Origin: an uncultured Fibrobacterota bacterium
GTDB lineage: Bacteria > Fibrobacterota > Chitinivibrionia > Chitinivibrionales > FEN-1185
DNA length: 64,000 nucleotides
Reading direction: 5' to 3'
Assembly (NCBI GenBank): GCA_963753345.1
Contig: CAVWBU010000049.1
Span: 64,001-128,000 of the forward strand
Shown: one piece after another, positions 51,945 through 60,723 of the stretch
Layout: every line of letters begins with the position of its first letter
Numbering within the stretch: position 1 is the stretch's first letter
Notes under the pieces: generated by a model
Told to the model about the DNA's origin: nothing
The model's input: only the letters and a program-made list of their open reading frames with translations
Databases searched by the model: none
Translations under genes and position numbers: made by a program

Positions 51945-52799
51945 TCACTTTTCCTTCCTGTCGTACCGTTTGGGCAGCGCGATGATGGTGTCGATCACCC
52001 TGTATTTCAGCGCCTCTTGGGGTGAAAAGTATACTTCCGATGTGTCAATAATCATGGATTCCGGGATGTCGGTCATGGACCGCCATTCCTCCAAGTCAAG
52101 GTCCTTGGCGACTGCGTCGTAGGTGTGGTCTTTGCCGGAAAGGCGCAGGTCCTGGCCGTGAAACATAAAGACCGTGTTTCCGTAAGCGGCCCGCAGGCCC
52201 GTGGCCGCCGCCAGGATCCTCACGCCCGATGAGGCGCAGAAGCCCGAAGCATAAATGTTGACTCGTGCGCCAAGGCTCCGCATAACATTGCACACGGCTT
52301 TTGCGTCGGCGATGTTGCCGCCCGAGGAGCACAGGTACAGGTTGATGTCCCTGGTGTCGCCGGCGCCGGCCAGGAGAAGTAGCTGTTTCGCGAGCCACGA
52401 ACAGGTGAGTTCGTTGATGTCGTTGCTGAAATAGATCTTTCGCTGTTTAAACAGCAGCGTGTCGAGCGGGGGAGCGTTGTAGATTCCCTTTTCGATTCTG
52501 GTTTCGAGTCCCTCGTCCTCGCCGGCGTCGGCGGAAGCGGCCTGCCTCCTCGACTGCAGGACAAAGGAGGCAAGCAGAATTGCGGCGGCGATCACCAGCA
52601 CGGCTGCGACCATCCGGAGGACGGAATTGACAAAGGCGAATGCCGCATGCCGCGAAGCGCGCTCCCCGTTTGGAGAACCGCACGGTTCCCTGCACACCAT
52701 GCCGTCCGGCGCCGCCATGGAACACTCCCCGCACAGGCCTTTGCCGCAGCGTTTACAGATTGCGAGTGCCGGCGATTGAGGATGGCGGTAGCAGTTCAT
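51945..52799 (-). CDS. ClpP-family protease with N-terminal B-box-like zinc finger and TM helix
   Basis: CxxHP...CxxCGKGLCxxC; hydrophobic segment; RKIYF, INLYLCSSGG, CASSG, FMFHG, YFSPQEALKYRVID. Confidence 0.85.
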   Translation of the reverse strand: MNCYRHPQSPALAICKRCGKGLCGECSMAAPDGMVCREPCGSPNGERASRHAAFAFVNSVLRMVAAVLVIAAAILLASFVLQSRRQAASADAGEDEGLETRIEKGIYNAPPLDTLLFKQRKIYFSNDINELTCSWLAKQLLLLAGAGDTRDINLYLCSSGGNIADAKAVCNVMRSLGARVNIYASGFCASSGVRILAAATGLRAAYGNTVFMFHGQDLRLSGKDHTYDAVAKDLDLEEWRSMTDIPESMIIDTSEVYFSPQEALKYRVIDTIIALPKRYDRKEK

Positions 52800-52802
52800 G
52801 CT

Positions 52803-53750
52803 TCAGCAGAATCCTTTCTCCGTGAGCCATTTCTGCGCGTCAAGCGCGGCCATGCAGCCGCTGCCCGCGGCCGTGATTGCCTGGCGGTAGCGGAAGTCCT
52901 GCACGTCGCCGGCCGCGAATACGCCCTCCACCGAAGTCTGGGCCGTGCCGGGGTGCGTAAAAATGTATCCCGCCTCGGTGAGCCTGAGCTGGCCGGCCAG
53001 AAACTCCGTGTTGGGTCGGTGGCCTATCGCCTCGAACGCGCCGCGCACCTCGAGAGCCGAGGTTTCGCCCGTATGCGTGTCCCTGAGTTTGATGCCCGAC
53101 AGCGCTTTGTCGCCCACGAATTCCTCAACGACCTTGTTCCACAGGATTTCGATCTTCCCGTGCCCGAGGGCGCGCTGTTGCATGATGGTGCTTGCGCGAA
53201 GGGAATCGCGCCGGTGAATCATGTAGATTCTGGAGCCGAATTTTGCGAGGTGGAGCGCCTCCTCGACCGCGGTGTCCCCGCCGCCGATCACGGCAAGCGG
53301 TTTGTTGCGGAACACGGGAAGCGCGCCGTCGCACACCGCGCAGGCCGAGATGCCGCGCCCGAAGAACTTCTTCTCCGATTCCAGGGGAAGGCGCCGCGCA
53401 ACGGCGCCGGTGGCGACGATGAGCGAGCAGGCCTGATAGGTCCCGCCGCCCGCAGAGGTGATGGTGAACGGCCCGGCATCGAGCTTGACGGATTCGACAT
53501 CCTCGGTGACGAACCTGACGCCGAACCGGCTCGCCTGTTCGCGCATTTCGGCCATGAGTTTCTGGCCGCTTATCCCGTCCTTAAAACCGGGGAAATTCTC
53601 GATGTCGGTGGTGAGCATGAGCTGGCCGCCCGGAATCCCGCCCGCCTGGAACCCTTCGATAAGAAGCGGCTTGAGGTTCGACCTGGACGCGTAGATCGAC
53701 GCGGTAAGGCCCGCAGGCCCGGAACCGATGATGATGAGATTTTCGGACAT
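52803..53750 (-). CDS. trxB: Thioredoxin reductase
   Basis: GSGPAG, ENFPGF, CAVCDG, GGGDTAVEEA, HRRD, AAGDV..YRQAITAAG. Confidence 0.97.
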   Translation of the reverse strand: MSENLIIIGSGPAGLTASIYASRSNLKPLLIEGFQAGGIPGGQLMLTTDIENFPGFKDGISGQKLMAEMREQASRFGVRFVTEDVESVKLDAGPFTITSAGGGTYQACSLIVATGAVARRLPLESEKKFFGRGISACAVCDGALPVFRNKPLAVIGGGDTAVEEALHLAKFGSRIYMIHRRDSLRASTIMQQRALGHGKIEILWNKVVEEFVGDKALSGIKLRDTHTGETSALEVRGAFEAIGHRPNTEFLAGQLRLTEAGYIFTHPGTAQTSVEGVFAAGDVQDFRYRQAITAAGSGCMAALDAQKWLTEKGFC

Positions 53751-53853
53751 TTGTTTCCTTCTGCAGACGTTTTTTACAAGACAAAAATACAAAGGGGAAA
53801 TGCGGTGAGGTCGAAGAATCGATTACAATTCAGCTTTAATAAAGTCTTCATGT

Positions 53854-54000
53854 GGGGGAAGGCTCCCCCTCGCTTCAGCCCGGCGCGCTTCCAAATAGCA
53901 ACGCAGGCCAACTACGCGCCGGTCTTCCGCTACCCCCTCCTGGGTAGCCCCCAAGTAAGTTGATTTGCAAGAAAGAAACTTCTGCTGCGGGGGCACCTAG
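53854..54000 (+). repeat. Family-1 repeat, copy D
   Basis: GGGGGAAGGCTCCCCCT, CCGGCGCG...CGCGCCGG, TACCCCCTCCTGGGTAGCCCCC...GGGGGCACCTAG. Confidence 0.9.
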
Positions 54001-54004
54001 AAGA

Positions 54005-54124
54005 GTTGTTGAAAAGTTGAAACGTTGAAAAGTTGAAGCGTTGAATAGACAAAAGTTGAGTGGTTGAGGAGTTGAGAAGAAAAGACATGAACAAGTTGGC
54101 GATTGACAGTTGGCAGTTGACAGT
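54005..54124. repeat. GTTGA-based 7/8-mer tandem repeats
   Basis: gttgaaaa gttgaaac gttgaaaa gttgaagc gttgaata ... gttggcg attgaca gttggca gttgaca. Confidence 0.75.
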
Positions 54125-54186
54125 AAATTTTAGGCGGATGCCAATTGGCGCAAGAGGGGTAAATTGACAGAATAGATTCCCTCTGC

Positions 54187-54328
54187 CGCGCGCCAGGCCG
54201 GACTGGAAGGTGCGCTGGAGCGCATTGCCGCCTGATCCCTAGCCGAAGGCGGTTGGGACAGGCGGCAACGAGGCCGAAAGGCCGAGCCTGGAAGGAGGGC
54301 CGCCGCCGTACTGCGGCGGGGCGCCCAA
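54187..54328 (+). repeat. Family-2 repeat, copy 7
   Basis: CGCGCGCCAGGCCGGACTGGAAGG...CAACGAGGCCGAAAGGCCGAGCCTGGAAGGAGGGCCG...GGGGCGCCCAA. Confidence 0.9.
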
Positions 54329-54514
54329 GTATTTTTTAGAATTGGTCATTATTTATTTGACCCTTTTCCCCCTTTTCCGCGACAATATAATAAGGAATAG
54401 GGAATCAGGACATAATCCAGGCGCGCGTGCCTCTGGTATTGACTTGCCACAGATAGTAGTTGTATACTCCATGGTATATAGACTGTTCCAATAACCCAAG
54501 CAAAGGAAACAGCC

Positions 54515-55907
54515 ATGAACAGCGTTAAAACCATCATTGCCATGGCCTGTGCCATGACTATTGCCGGTTCTTCCGGGGCGGCCACCATCTTTTCGGATAA
54601 TTTTTCGGACACCAATGCGTCCAAACTCAACTGGAACGCGCTGGCGGCGCAGGGATTTACGGCAACCTACCGGGAGGAGCGCTTGTGCTCAAGAACCCCG
54701 ATGCCACCTACAGCGCGTTTTACATGCATCTGTTCACCGGTACCAAGCCCTCCACGTTCAGCCTTTCGGCGACGTTTACCATAGCCGATTCCTCGGTAAA
54801 CGGCGCCGGCCTCATGTTCTGCCTCAACTCAACGACCGTTTCGGGTTACGCGACGCTGCTCGGCAACACGCAATATCTCTTTCTGCGTTAAGTACACAGC
54901 GTCCGCGCAGCCCGACCTAAAGGACAAGTTCAGCCCATTTATCAAGCAGCTTCCCGCCACGAACACAATCCTGGTCAGCAAGACGGGCAGCGTATTCGAC
55001 GTGTTCTGCAACGATCATTACATAACGCAGGTTCAGCGACGCGACCTTCGCAAGCGGCGACATCGGCATTCTCGTTCCTCAAAAGGCGACCATCAAGGTG
55101 GACAACGTGCTCATGACCGACCAGGCGACACCCCCACCCCTGTCGGCCTGCTATGCCGATTCCTTTCTGACAACCGCGAGCGACGCGTGGTCGAGCCCCT
55201 CTGCGGGTGAGGCCACCTTCGGCGGCGGGCAGCTGGTGCTCAACAACACCGACGCGGTTTATTCGAGCACCATCTACACCGACGGGATTAATCCGAAGGG
55301 GTCCATCAAGGCCGTGGTGTCGCACAAGAGCGGCGCCGGGGCCTACGGCGTTGCTTTTGTGGAAAGCGATTCGAACAGGGTGACGCCGTTCGCGTTTTGC
55401 GTCGACTCATCCCGCCACTACTCGATTGTCAACCCCGACAGCCCCACCATAAGCTCGCATATCGCGGTCGGGATCGTCTACGGCGGCCTCGGCACCGACA
55501 CCATCGAGGTCCTTCAATACGCCAAGAAATGGGTCTTTCTGATAAACGGCGGCGTGCAGGACTCCGTGCCCATTCCCGCCGATTTCCGCGTGGATGGGTT
55601 CGGGCTCTACGCGAGCAAGCAGACGTCGATGGCGTGCAGTTACTTTGTGGCCGGCGGCGACAGCACCGGCGCGAGGTGCGCCGCCCTTCCGGTGATATCA
55701 CGGATTCCCGCGCCTGGACTTAGATCCGCTGTGCCGGTTTTCGGCAGGGGGAGCACGGTATACGACGTGCGGGGAAGAAGGGTCGGTGTTTTTGACCGCG
55801 CAACATTCGGCAGGTCGAATTTTCCGGCCGGTCTTTACTTTGTGGTGCCTGCGGGCAGGAAAGTGGGAACCATGGGCGCGCTGCCGGTTCTAAAGACGGG
55901 TAACTGA
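54515..55907 (+). CDS. Secreted protein with two lectin/jelly-roll-like domains and C-terminal sorting-type domain (multiple frameshifts)
   Basis: AAGGA RBS, signal peptide; duplicated FSDNF/YADSF...L.N.DA.YS units; VYDVRGRRV...AGLYFV. Confidence 0.65.
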
Positions 55908-55926
55908 AGTCCTGCGGCAATAGATG

Positions 55927-55960
55927 AAAAAAGCCCCGGTCAGTTGTGCCGGGGCTTTTT
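55927..55960. terminator. Bidirectional intrinsic terminator
   Basis: AAAAAAGCCCCGG-loop-CCGGGGCTTTTT. Confidence 0.9.
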
Positions 55961-55981
55961 CTTTTCGCGCTATTCGGCTTC

Positions 55982-56164
55982 CTATGTTTTTGCCATCGCC
56001 TTGAGGCATTTCATGCACACTTTCATGTGGCGTGACGTGCCGTTCACCTTTGTCTTTATGGTGCGAAGATTGGGGAAAAAGATTCTCTTGTTGACGTTGT
56101 GCGCGTGCGACAGGGTATTACCGGATTCCGGATGTTTTCCGCACACTTCACATGTTTTCGACAT
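55982..56164 (-). CDS. rpmB: 50S ribosomal protein L28 (CxxC type)
   Basis: CEVCGK..GNTLSHAHN..KRIFFPNL...VCMKCLK; AGGAGG RBS. Confidence 0.97.
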   Translation of the reverse strand: MSKTCEVCGKHPESGNTLSHAHNVNKRIFFPNLRTIKTKVNGTSRHMKVCMKCLKAMAKT

Positions 56165-56293
56165 AAAAGCCTCCTGATAATTTCGCGTTTGTTCCTTTTT
56201 GCAGGTGACTAATATAGATTATCCTCGTTTTATTATTCAAGGAAATTGGTTGGGGCTTTGTTAATATTCGTGAATCAATTAAGATAGAAAACG

Positions 56294-56439
56294 TGGGCGC
56301 CCCGCCACGCTGAAGCGTGTCGGCGGCCCTCCCTCCGGTCTCGGGCTCGCCCTCGGGCCGCCTCGGCCCTATGCCGCGAGTACGCGGCCGGGTCCGGGCG
56401 GCATCCCGCTCTAGCGGGACCTCCGGTCCGGCCTGGCGC
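56294..56439 (-). repeat. Family-2 repeat, copy 8
   Basis: Reverse complement GCGCCAGGCCGGACCGGAGG...CGAGACCGGAGGGAGGGCCG...GGGGCGCCCA. Confidence 0.85.
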
Positions 56440-56615
56440 CGGGCAGAAGACTATTGCCGATTTTATCTCATTGGCCGTTGGTACCAATTCAGGCCTGAGC
56501 GCAGGGAAGAAGTGAGCTACGGAGTCTTATCTTTATTGCAATCGCGGCGGGGCGTATTTTTTTAGGTGGAGGAATCCCTCGTCAGGATCATGCAAGAAAT
56601 TCCGGAAAAGAAATC

Positions 56616-57206
56616 ATGATAGAAGGCCTCAAGCCGTTCTATAATTCTGTCTTGAAACCTGTTGCGGACATTTTCGCAAAGGCCGGAATTCATCCCCATG
56701 CAATTAGCCTTGGCGGGGTCGTGCTGTCTGTCATTGCAGCGTATTGCTGCGCAAGAGGACATTGGCCGCTCGCCGCGCTGCTGGTGTTCTGCGGGTCATG
56801 CATGGACGGGCTCGACGGGCTCGTGTCGCGTGAAACGGGCAAGCAGACGCGCTTTGGCGCGGTACTCGACTCCGCAGCCGACAGGGTCACCGAGACGGCG
56901 TGGTTTTTCGGGTTGCTGCTTTACTACGCAGCCAACCCGACGCACGGCGAAGCAGGAATTTATCTTGCTTTTCTTGCCCATGCAGGCTCGCAGATGGTAA
57001 GCTATGTGAGGGCGCGCTGCGAGGGCGCGGGCATAGCGTGCAAGGAGGGAATCCTTCAGCGGCCCGAACGCATTGTCATCATCATTGCATGCCTCCTCTT
57101 GGGTCCCGCATTAATGTTGTGGGGACTCGGTATTATCGCCGCTCTCGGATTTGCCACCGCGCTGCAGCGCTGCGGCGCAGCATGGCGCGCCGGCAACAAA
57201 AGATAG
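56616..57206 (+). CDS. CDP-alcohol phosphatidyltransferase
   Basis: DGLDGLVSR...FGAVLDSAADR; SYVRAR; RPER. Confidence 0.93.
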   Translation: MIEGLKPFYNSVLKPVADIFAKAGIHPHAISLGGVVLSVIAAYCCARGHWPLAALLVFCGSCMDGLDGLVSRETGKQTRFGAVLDSAADRVTETAWFFGLLLYYAANPTHGEAGIYLAFLAHAGSQMVSYVRARCEGAGIACKEGILQRPERIVIIIACLLLGPALMLWGLGIIAALGFATALQRCGAAWRAGNKR

Positions 57207-57228
57207 ACAATCGGAGGGATCGTCACCA

Positions 57229-58569
57229 GTGCTTCTCCTGTCGCTCAAGTTCTGGCGGGAATACCATACCAACCCGAAAGCGGCCCTGGAATCGCTGCGC
57301 ATCAACCGGCGCAGGATTTCGTACCCGGTTCTCAAATTTGCCACGTTCGTGCGGATCGTCTTCGATGAATACCTTCAGAACCATTGCATCACGCGCGCCT
57401 CCGCGCTGGCGTTTGCCCTGCTGCTCACCCTCATTCCGCTTCTGGTGTGCATTTCGCTGGTGATGACCAAAGTCATGGACGTGCCGCTGCCGCAAATGGA
57501 GAAGGTGCTGGCGTTTTTCCTCCCGTTCGCGCCCCAGACCGTGCTTGCGCACCTGAGCACATTCTTTACTAATGCGCAGAAGGTGAAGGGGTGGGGCATC
57601 GGCGTGCTCATCATTGTCACGCTGAGCCTGTTCGGCACCGTGGAAGAGGCGCTCAACATCATCTGGAAAGTGCCGCGGTCGCGCTCATTCTTCGTGCGCC
57701 TCCGCACCTTCACCATGGTGATGGTCTACAGCCCTGTTTTGTTCTTCGCTTCGTTTCAGGTGCGTCGCAACATCATGCCCGACATCAAGACGGTCTACAT
57801 TTACTCGCTTGACGTGCTCTCGTTCGTGCTCATCGTGCTGGCATTCACGGTTTTTGTCTGGGTGGTTCCCAACACCAAGGTAAGGTTCAGGCAGGCCGCC
57901 CTGGGCGGCATAGTGTCGGGCCTGCTGTTCGAACTCGAGCGCTACTGCTTTTCCCTGTATGTGAGCTTCAATGCGCAGACGCTCACCATCTACGGCGCGT
58001 TCGGGATCTTTCTCTTCTTTCTCATCTCGCTGTTTCTTGCCTCGTGCTTTGTCCTGTTCGGCGCCGAAGTCGCGTTTGTCGCGCAGAACTTCAGGCCGCT
58101 GCTCCGCGCCAAGAAACGGTGGGAACGGCGGATCAGCGACTACAAGACCTATATGAGCCTCCGCGTGATGATCGACGCCGTGTCCGCGTTTCTCGCGCAT
58201 AAAAATCCGCCCACCCTGTCCCACTTCATGAAGAAGTACGAGATGACCGAAACGCAGGCGCTGGGCATTGTAAACTCCCTGAAGCGGTGGGGGTTTCTCC
58301 ACTCGATAGGCGGCAACAGCAGCGGCAAGGACGCCTATGTGCCCACCCGCGATTTCGCTTCCGTTCCCCTGCGCGACGTGCTCGATGTCATCGAGGACGA
58401 AAACCGCTGCATCCCCACCACGCCCGACGACTTCGCCAGGAATTACGTGGCGGGCATCATCGCCGGCGTGCGCCAGCGGCCCGCGTCGCAGACCGATAAG
58501 TTGACGTTTGAGAAGCTCGTTGAGGAAATCGAGGAGGGGGAACGGAGGTTTCAGAAACCGGGGATTTAG
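57229..58569 (+). CDS. YihY/BrkB family membrane protein with C-terminal winged-helix-like extension
   Basis: RASALAFALLLTLIP, EEALNIIW, PNTKV, IYGAF...LFGAE; GGAGG RBS and GTG start. Confidence 0.9.
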   Translation: MLLLSLKFWREYHTNPKAALESLRINRRRISYPVLKFATFVRIVFDEYLQNHCITRASALAFALLLTLIPLLVCISLVMTKVMDVPLPQMEKVLAFFLPFAPQTVLAHLSTFFTNAQKVKGWGIGVLIIVTLSLFGTVEEALNIIWKVPRSRSFFVRLRTFTMVMVYSPVLFFASFQVRRNIMPDIKTVYIYSLDVLSFVLIVLAFTVFVWVVPNTKVRFRQAALGGIVSGLLFELERYCFSLYVSFNAQTLTIYGAFGIFLFFLISLFLASCFVLFGAEVAFVAQNFRPLLRAKKRWERRISDYKTYMSLRVMIDAVSAFLAHKNPPTLSHFMKKYEMTETQALGIVNSLKRWGFLHSIGGNSSGKDAYVPTRDFASVPLRDVLDVIEDENRCIPTTPDDFARNYVAGIIAGVRQRPASQTDKLTFEKLVEEIEEGERRFQKPGI

Positions 58570-58622
58570 GGGCACGGACCGACATGAAAGTCTTCCCGCC
58601 GCAGATATAAATGGAGGTTCTC

Positions 58623-60410
58623 ATGAAATCATCCCGATTTTCTGCGGCTTTTGCGCTCGCGGCAGTCACACTCCTGTTTCTAACCGTTAATACCCAAGCG
58701 CGGCCGCTCGCATCTTCCGCTTCAATGGGCGGAACATTCTCCTTTGAGATGCACCAGGACACGATGGCGGATAAATATTATGCCGACGTGTTCGGCCCCA
58801 TCCCTCTTAGCGGCGCGCCTGCCGAAACTCTTTTCATTCCGCTTGCAGGCACCTACGCGGCCGGGACCCAGATTGCATCACCCGGCATTCCGTTTGTCAT
58901 CAAATATGTGTACCATGTCGAGTTGATGGATGCGGCCCAGAGTGTGAATGTGGTTGTGGCGAACAATTCCGGGGCAACCTTCGCTGCGCTGACTGTTAAC
59001 GCCGGGACCCTTGGCTCATCCACGATAAATAATCTCCAGCCCAATTCCTCCGGAAATTTGCAGTTCGATGCACGGGCGAAGACCATAGACAGCGTAATGA
59101 CCGTGTCAATCGCAGTCACGCCTTCAACAACCGGTGCGTTTGTCGCGGGAGACAACCTGCGGGTCATTTTTTCGCTCAACGGCCTTATTGCAACCAAGGT
59201 GGTGGCGCTCGATTCGATGCTTGCGGGATATCAGCGCATATTCACCAACGAGTATGCCATCACCGATACGTTGAACGTGGATTACCTGGACATCAGCAAA
59301 GGTTTTTTCAATTACACGGTGTTCAACTATACAGGCCTCGATCTGCAGCTGTCAATCGTTCATCGCAATGTGTGGCTGACGAGTTTCTGCAAAGGCAAAA
59401 TGCCCGCGCTTAACTCCATAACCGATCTCGTCGGCCTTACAATAACCGACTCAAACAATGCCTACGTAGGAGAGGTGACTCCAGGCTCCACTCGTATTGA
59501 TTTTTCCGCCGGGCAGGCCGACAGTTTTTCCAAGACCAATTTGTCCGGCTGCCGTCTCTTCCCGGAGTGGGATTCTGCAATGAAGAAATCCGTCACCAAG
59601 GTCGACTACATTATAAATGCAGGCGTGTACGGAAGGCGGGTGACCCTCTTGGCCGGCGATTCGCTTTCTTTCGTCATCAAGACCGTGATGTTTAAATACC
59701 TTGACATATCCGGAACGGTCATGGAATCCTACCATCTACCGGGCTTTTCTCTCACGTTTGCAGTACCGCCATCCTGGACCGCCGGTTCCGGTCCGAACTT
59801 GTTCGAATACTATATTGCCGTCAACATGCCGAACGGGGCGCTTCTGGACACCCTTGGCACTGCACAAAAAATCTTCGGCACCAAGAACCCCGCTATAAAC
59901 TGCCAATGGCTGGCGAATATCGCTCACGCCGCCAACAACGCAACTGTCAATGAACAGGTGGACATCTCCCCGGTGCTTGGCCCCAAACCGGATTCGATGT
60001 GCTTCACCGAAGAGAACACTATTCCTGCAGGCACGAAGGTTCTACTGGTTAATGACCTGACTGATCCGACAGATTCGTCCTATGCCAAGCACATCGGCCG
60101 CATGACCATCCGCGACAGCATCGCGTTTGCGCCTTCCACCATTGTGGAGTACGACCCCGTGGCACCCTTGTCATTTGCGTGCCAAGCGGCGTTCCCGGTC
60201 CTCCGGTATTCTCTGCCCCGGCAATGCCGTGTGAGCGCCGATTTCTACGACATGAAGGGCAGGCTGGTCTACTCGTATGTCAACAAGAGCCAGGGCCCCG
60301 GTTCGTATGCGCTGAGAATTCCAACGGCACCATGGCCGCACGGCATGTATTGCATGGTTTTCAAAGCGGGGAGTTTTGGGAAGAGGGAGAAAGTGGCGGT
60401 AGTGAGGTGA
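58623..60410 (+). CDS. Secreted hypothetical protein with C-terminal sorting-type domain
   Basis: GGAGG RBS, signal peptide; YSLP...FYDMKGRLV...GMYCMVFKAG. Confidence 0.8.
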   Translation: MKSSRFSAAFALAAVTLLFLTVNTQARPLASSASMGGTFSFEMHQDTMADKYYADVFGPIPLSGAPAETLFIPLAGTYAAGTQIASPGIPFVIKYVYHVELMDAAQSVNVVVANNSGATFAALTVNAGTLGSSTINNLQPNSSGNLQFDARAKTIDSVMTVSIAVTPSTTGAFVAGDNLRVIFSLNGLIATKVVALDSMLAGYQRIFTNEYAITDTLNVDYLDISKGFFNYTVFNYTGLDLQLSIVHRNVWLTSFCKGKMPALNSITDLVGLTITDSNNAYVGEVTPGSTRIDFSAGQADSFSKTNLSGCRLFPEWDSAMKKSVTKVDYIINAGVYGRRVTLLAGDSLSFVIKTVMFKYLDISGTVMESYHLPGFSLTFAVPPSWTAGSGPNLFEYYIAVNMPNGALLDTLGTAQKIFGTKNPAINCQWLANIAHAANNATVNEQVDISPVLGPKPDSMCFTEENTIPAGTKVLLVNDLTDPTDSSYAKHIGRMTIRDSIAFAPSTIVEYDPVAPLSFACQAAFPVLRYSLPRQCRVSADFYDMKGRLVYSYVNKSQGPGSYALRIPTAPWPHGMYCMVFKAGSFGKREKVAVVR

Positions 60411-60454
60411 GGAACGATGGCGATGAAACTGGTGATACAAGTTCAGCACAACTG

Positions 60455-60506
60455 GAGATTGCTTCGCGGAGTTTATCCCGAGTTCTGTCGAGTGGCTCGC
60501 AATGAC
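60455..60506. repeat. GAGATTGCTTCG...CTCGCAATGAC REP-like element
   Basis: ATTGC/GCAAT arms with extra GAGTTTATCCCGAG...GTCGAG interior. Confidence 0.5.
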
Positions 60507-60560
60507 AATCATTCCTTTCAATCTACAAATGCGAATGTTCATTGCAGATCCCACTGCTCT

Positions 60561-60704
60561 CCAAGGGTGCCCCCGCACAGGTGCTTGATTCTTGCAACCG
60601 GCCTCTCTAGGGGGACACCCTGGAGAGGGGAGTGTCGAGGACCGTAGGGCCGAGACCGGGGGAGACGACCCTTGGAAGTACCCGACGGGGTAAACTTCTC
60701 CCCC
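60561..60704 (-). repeat. Family-1 repeat, copy E (27-bp insert 60666-60692)
   Basis: Reverse complement GGGGGAGAAGTT[27 bp]TCTCCCCC...CCAGGGTGTCCCCC...GCAAG...TGCGGGGGCACCC. Confidence 0.8.
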
Positions 60705-60723
60705 GACATTATGTCTTTCAAAA

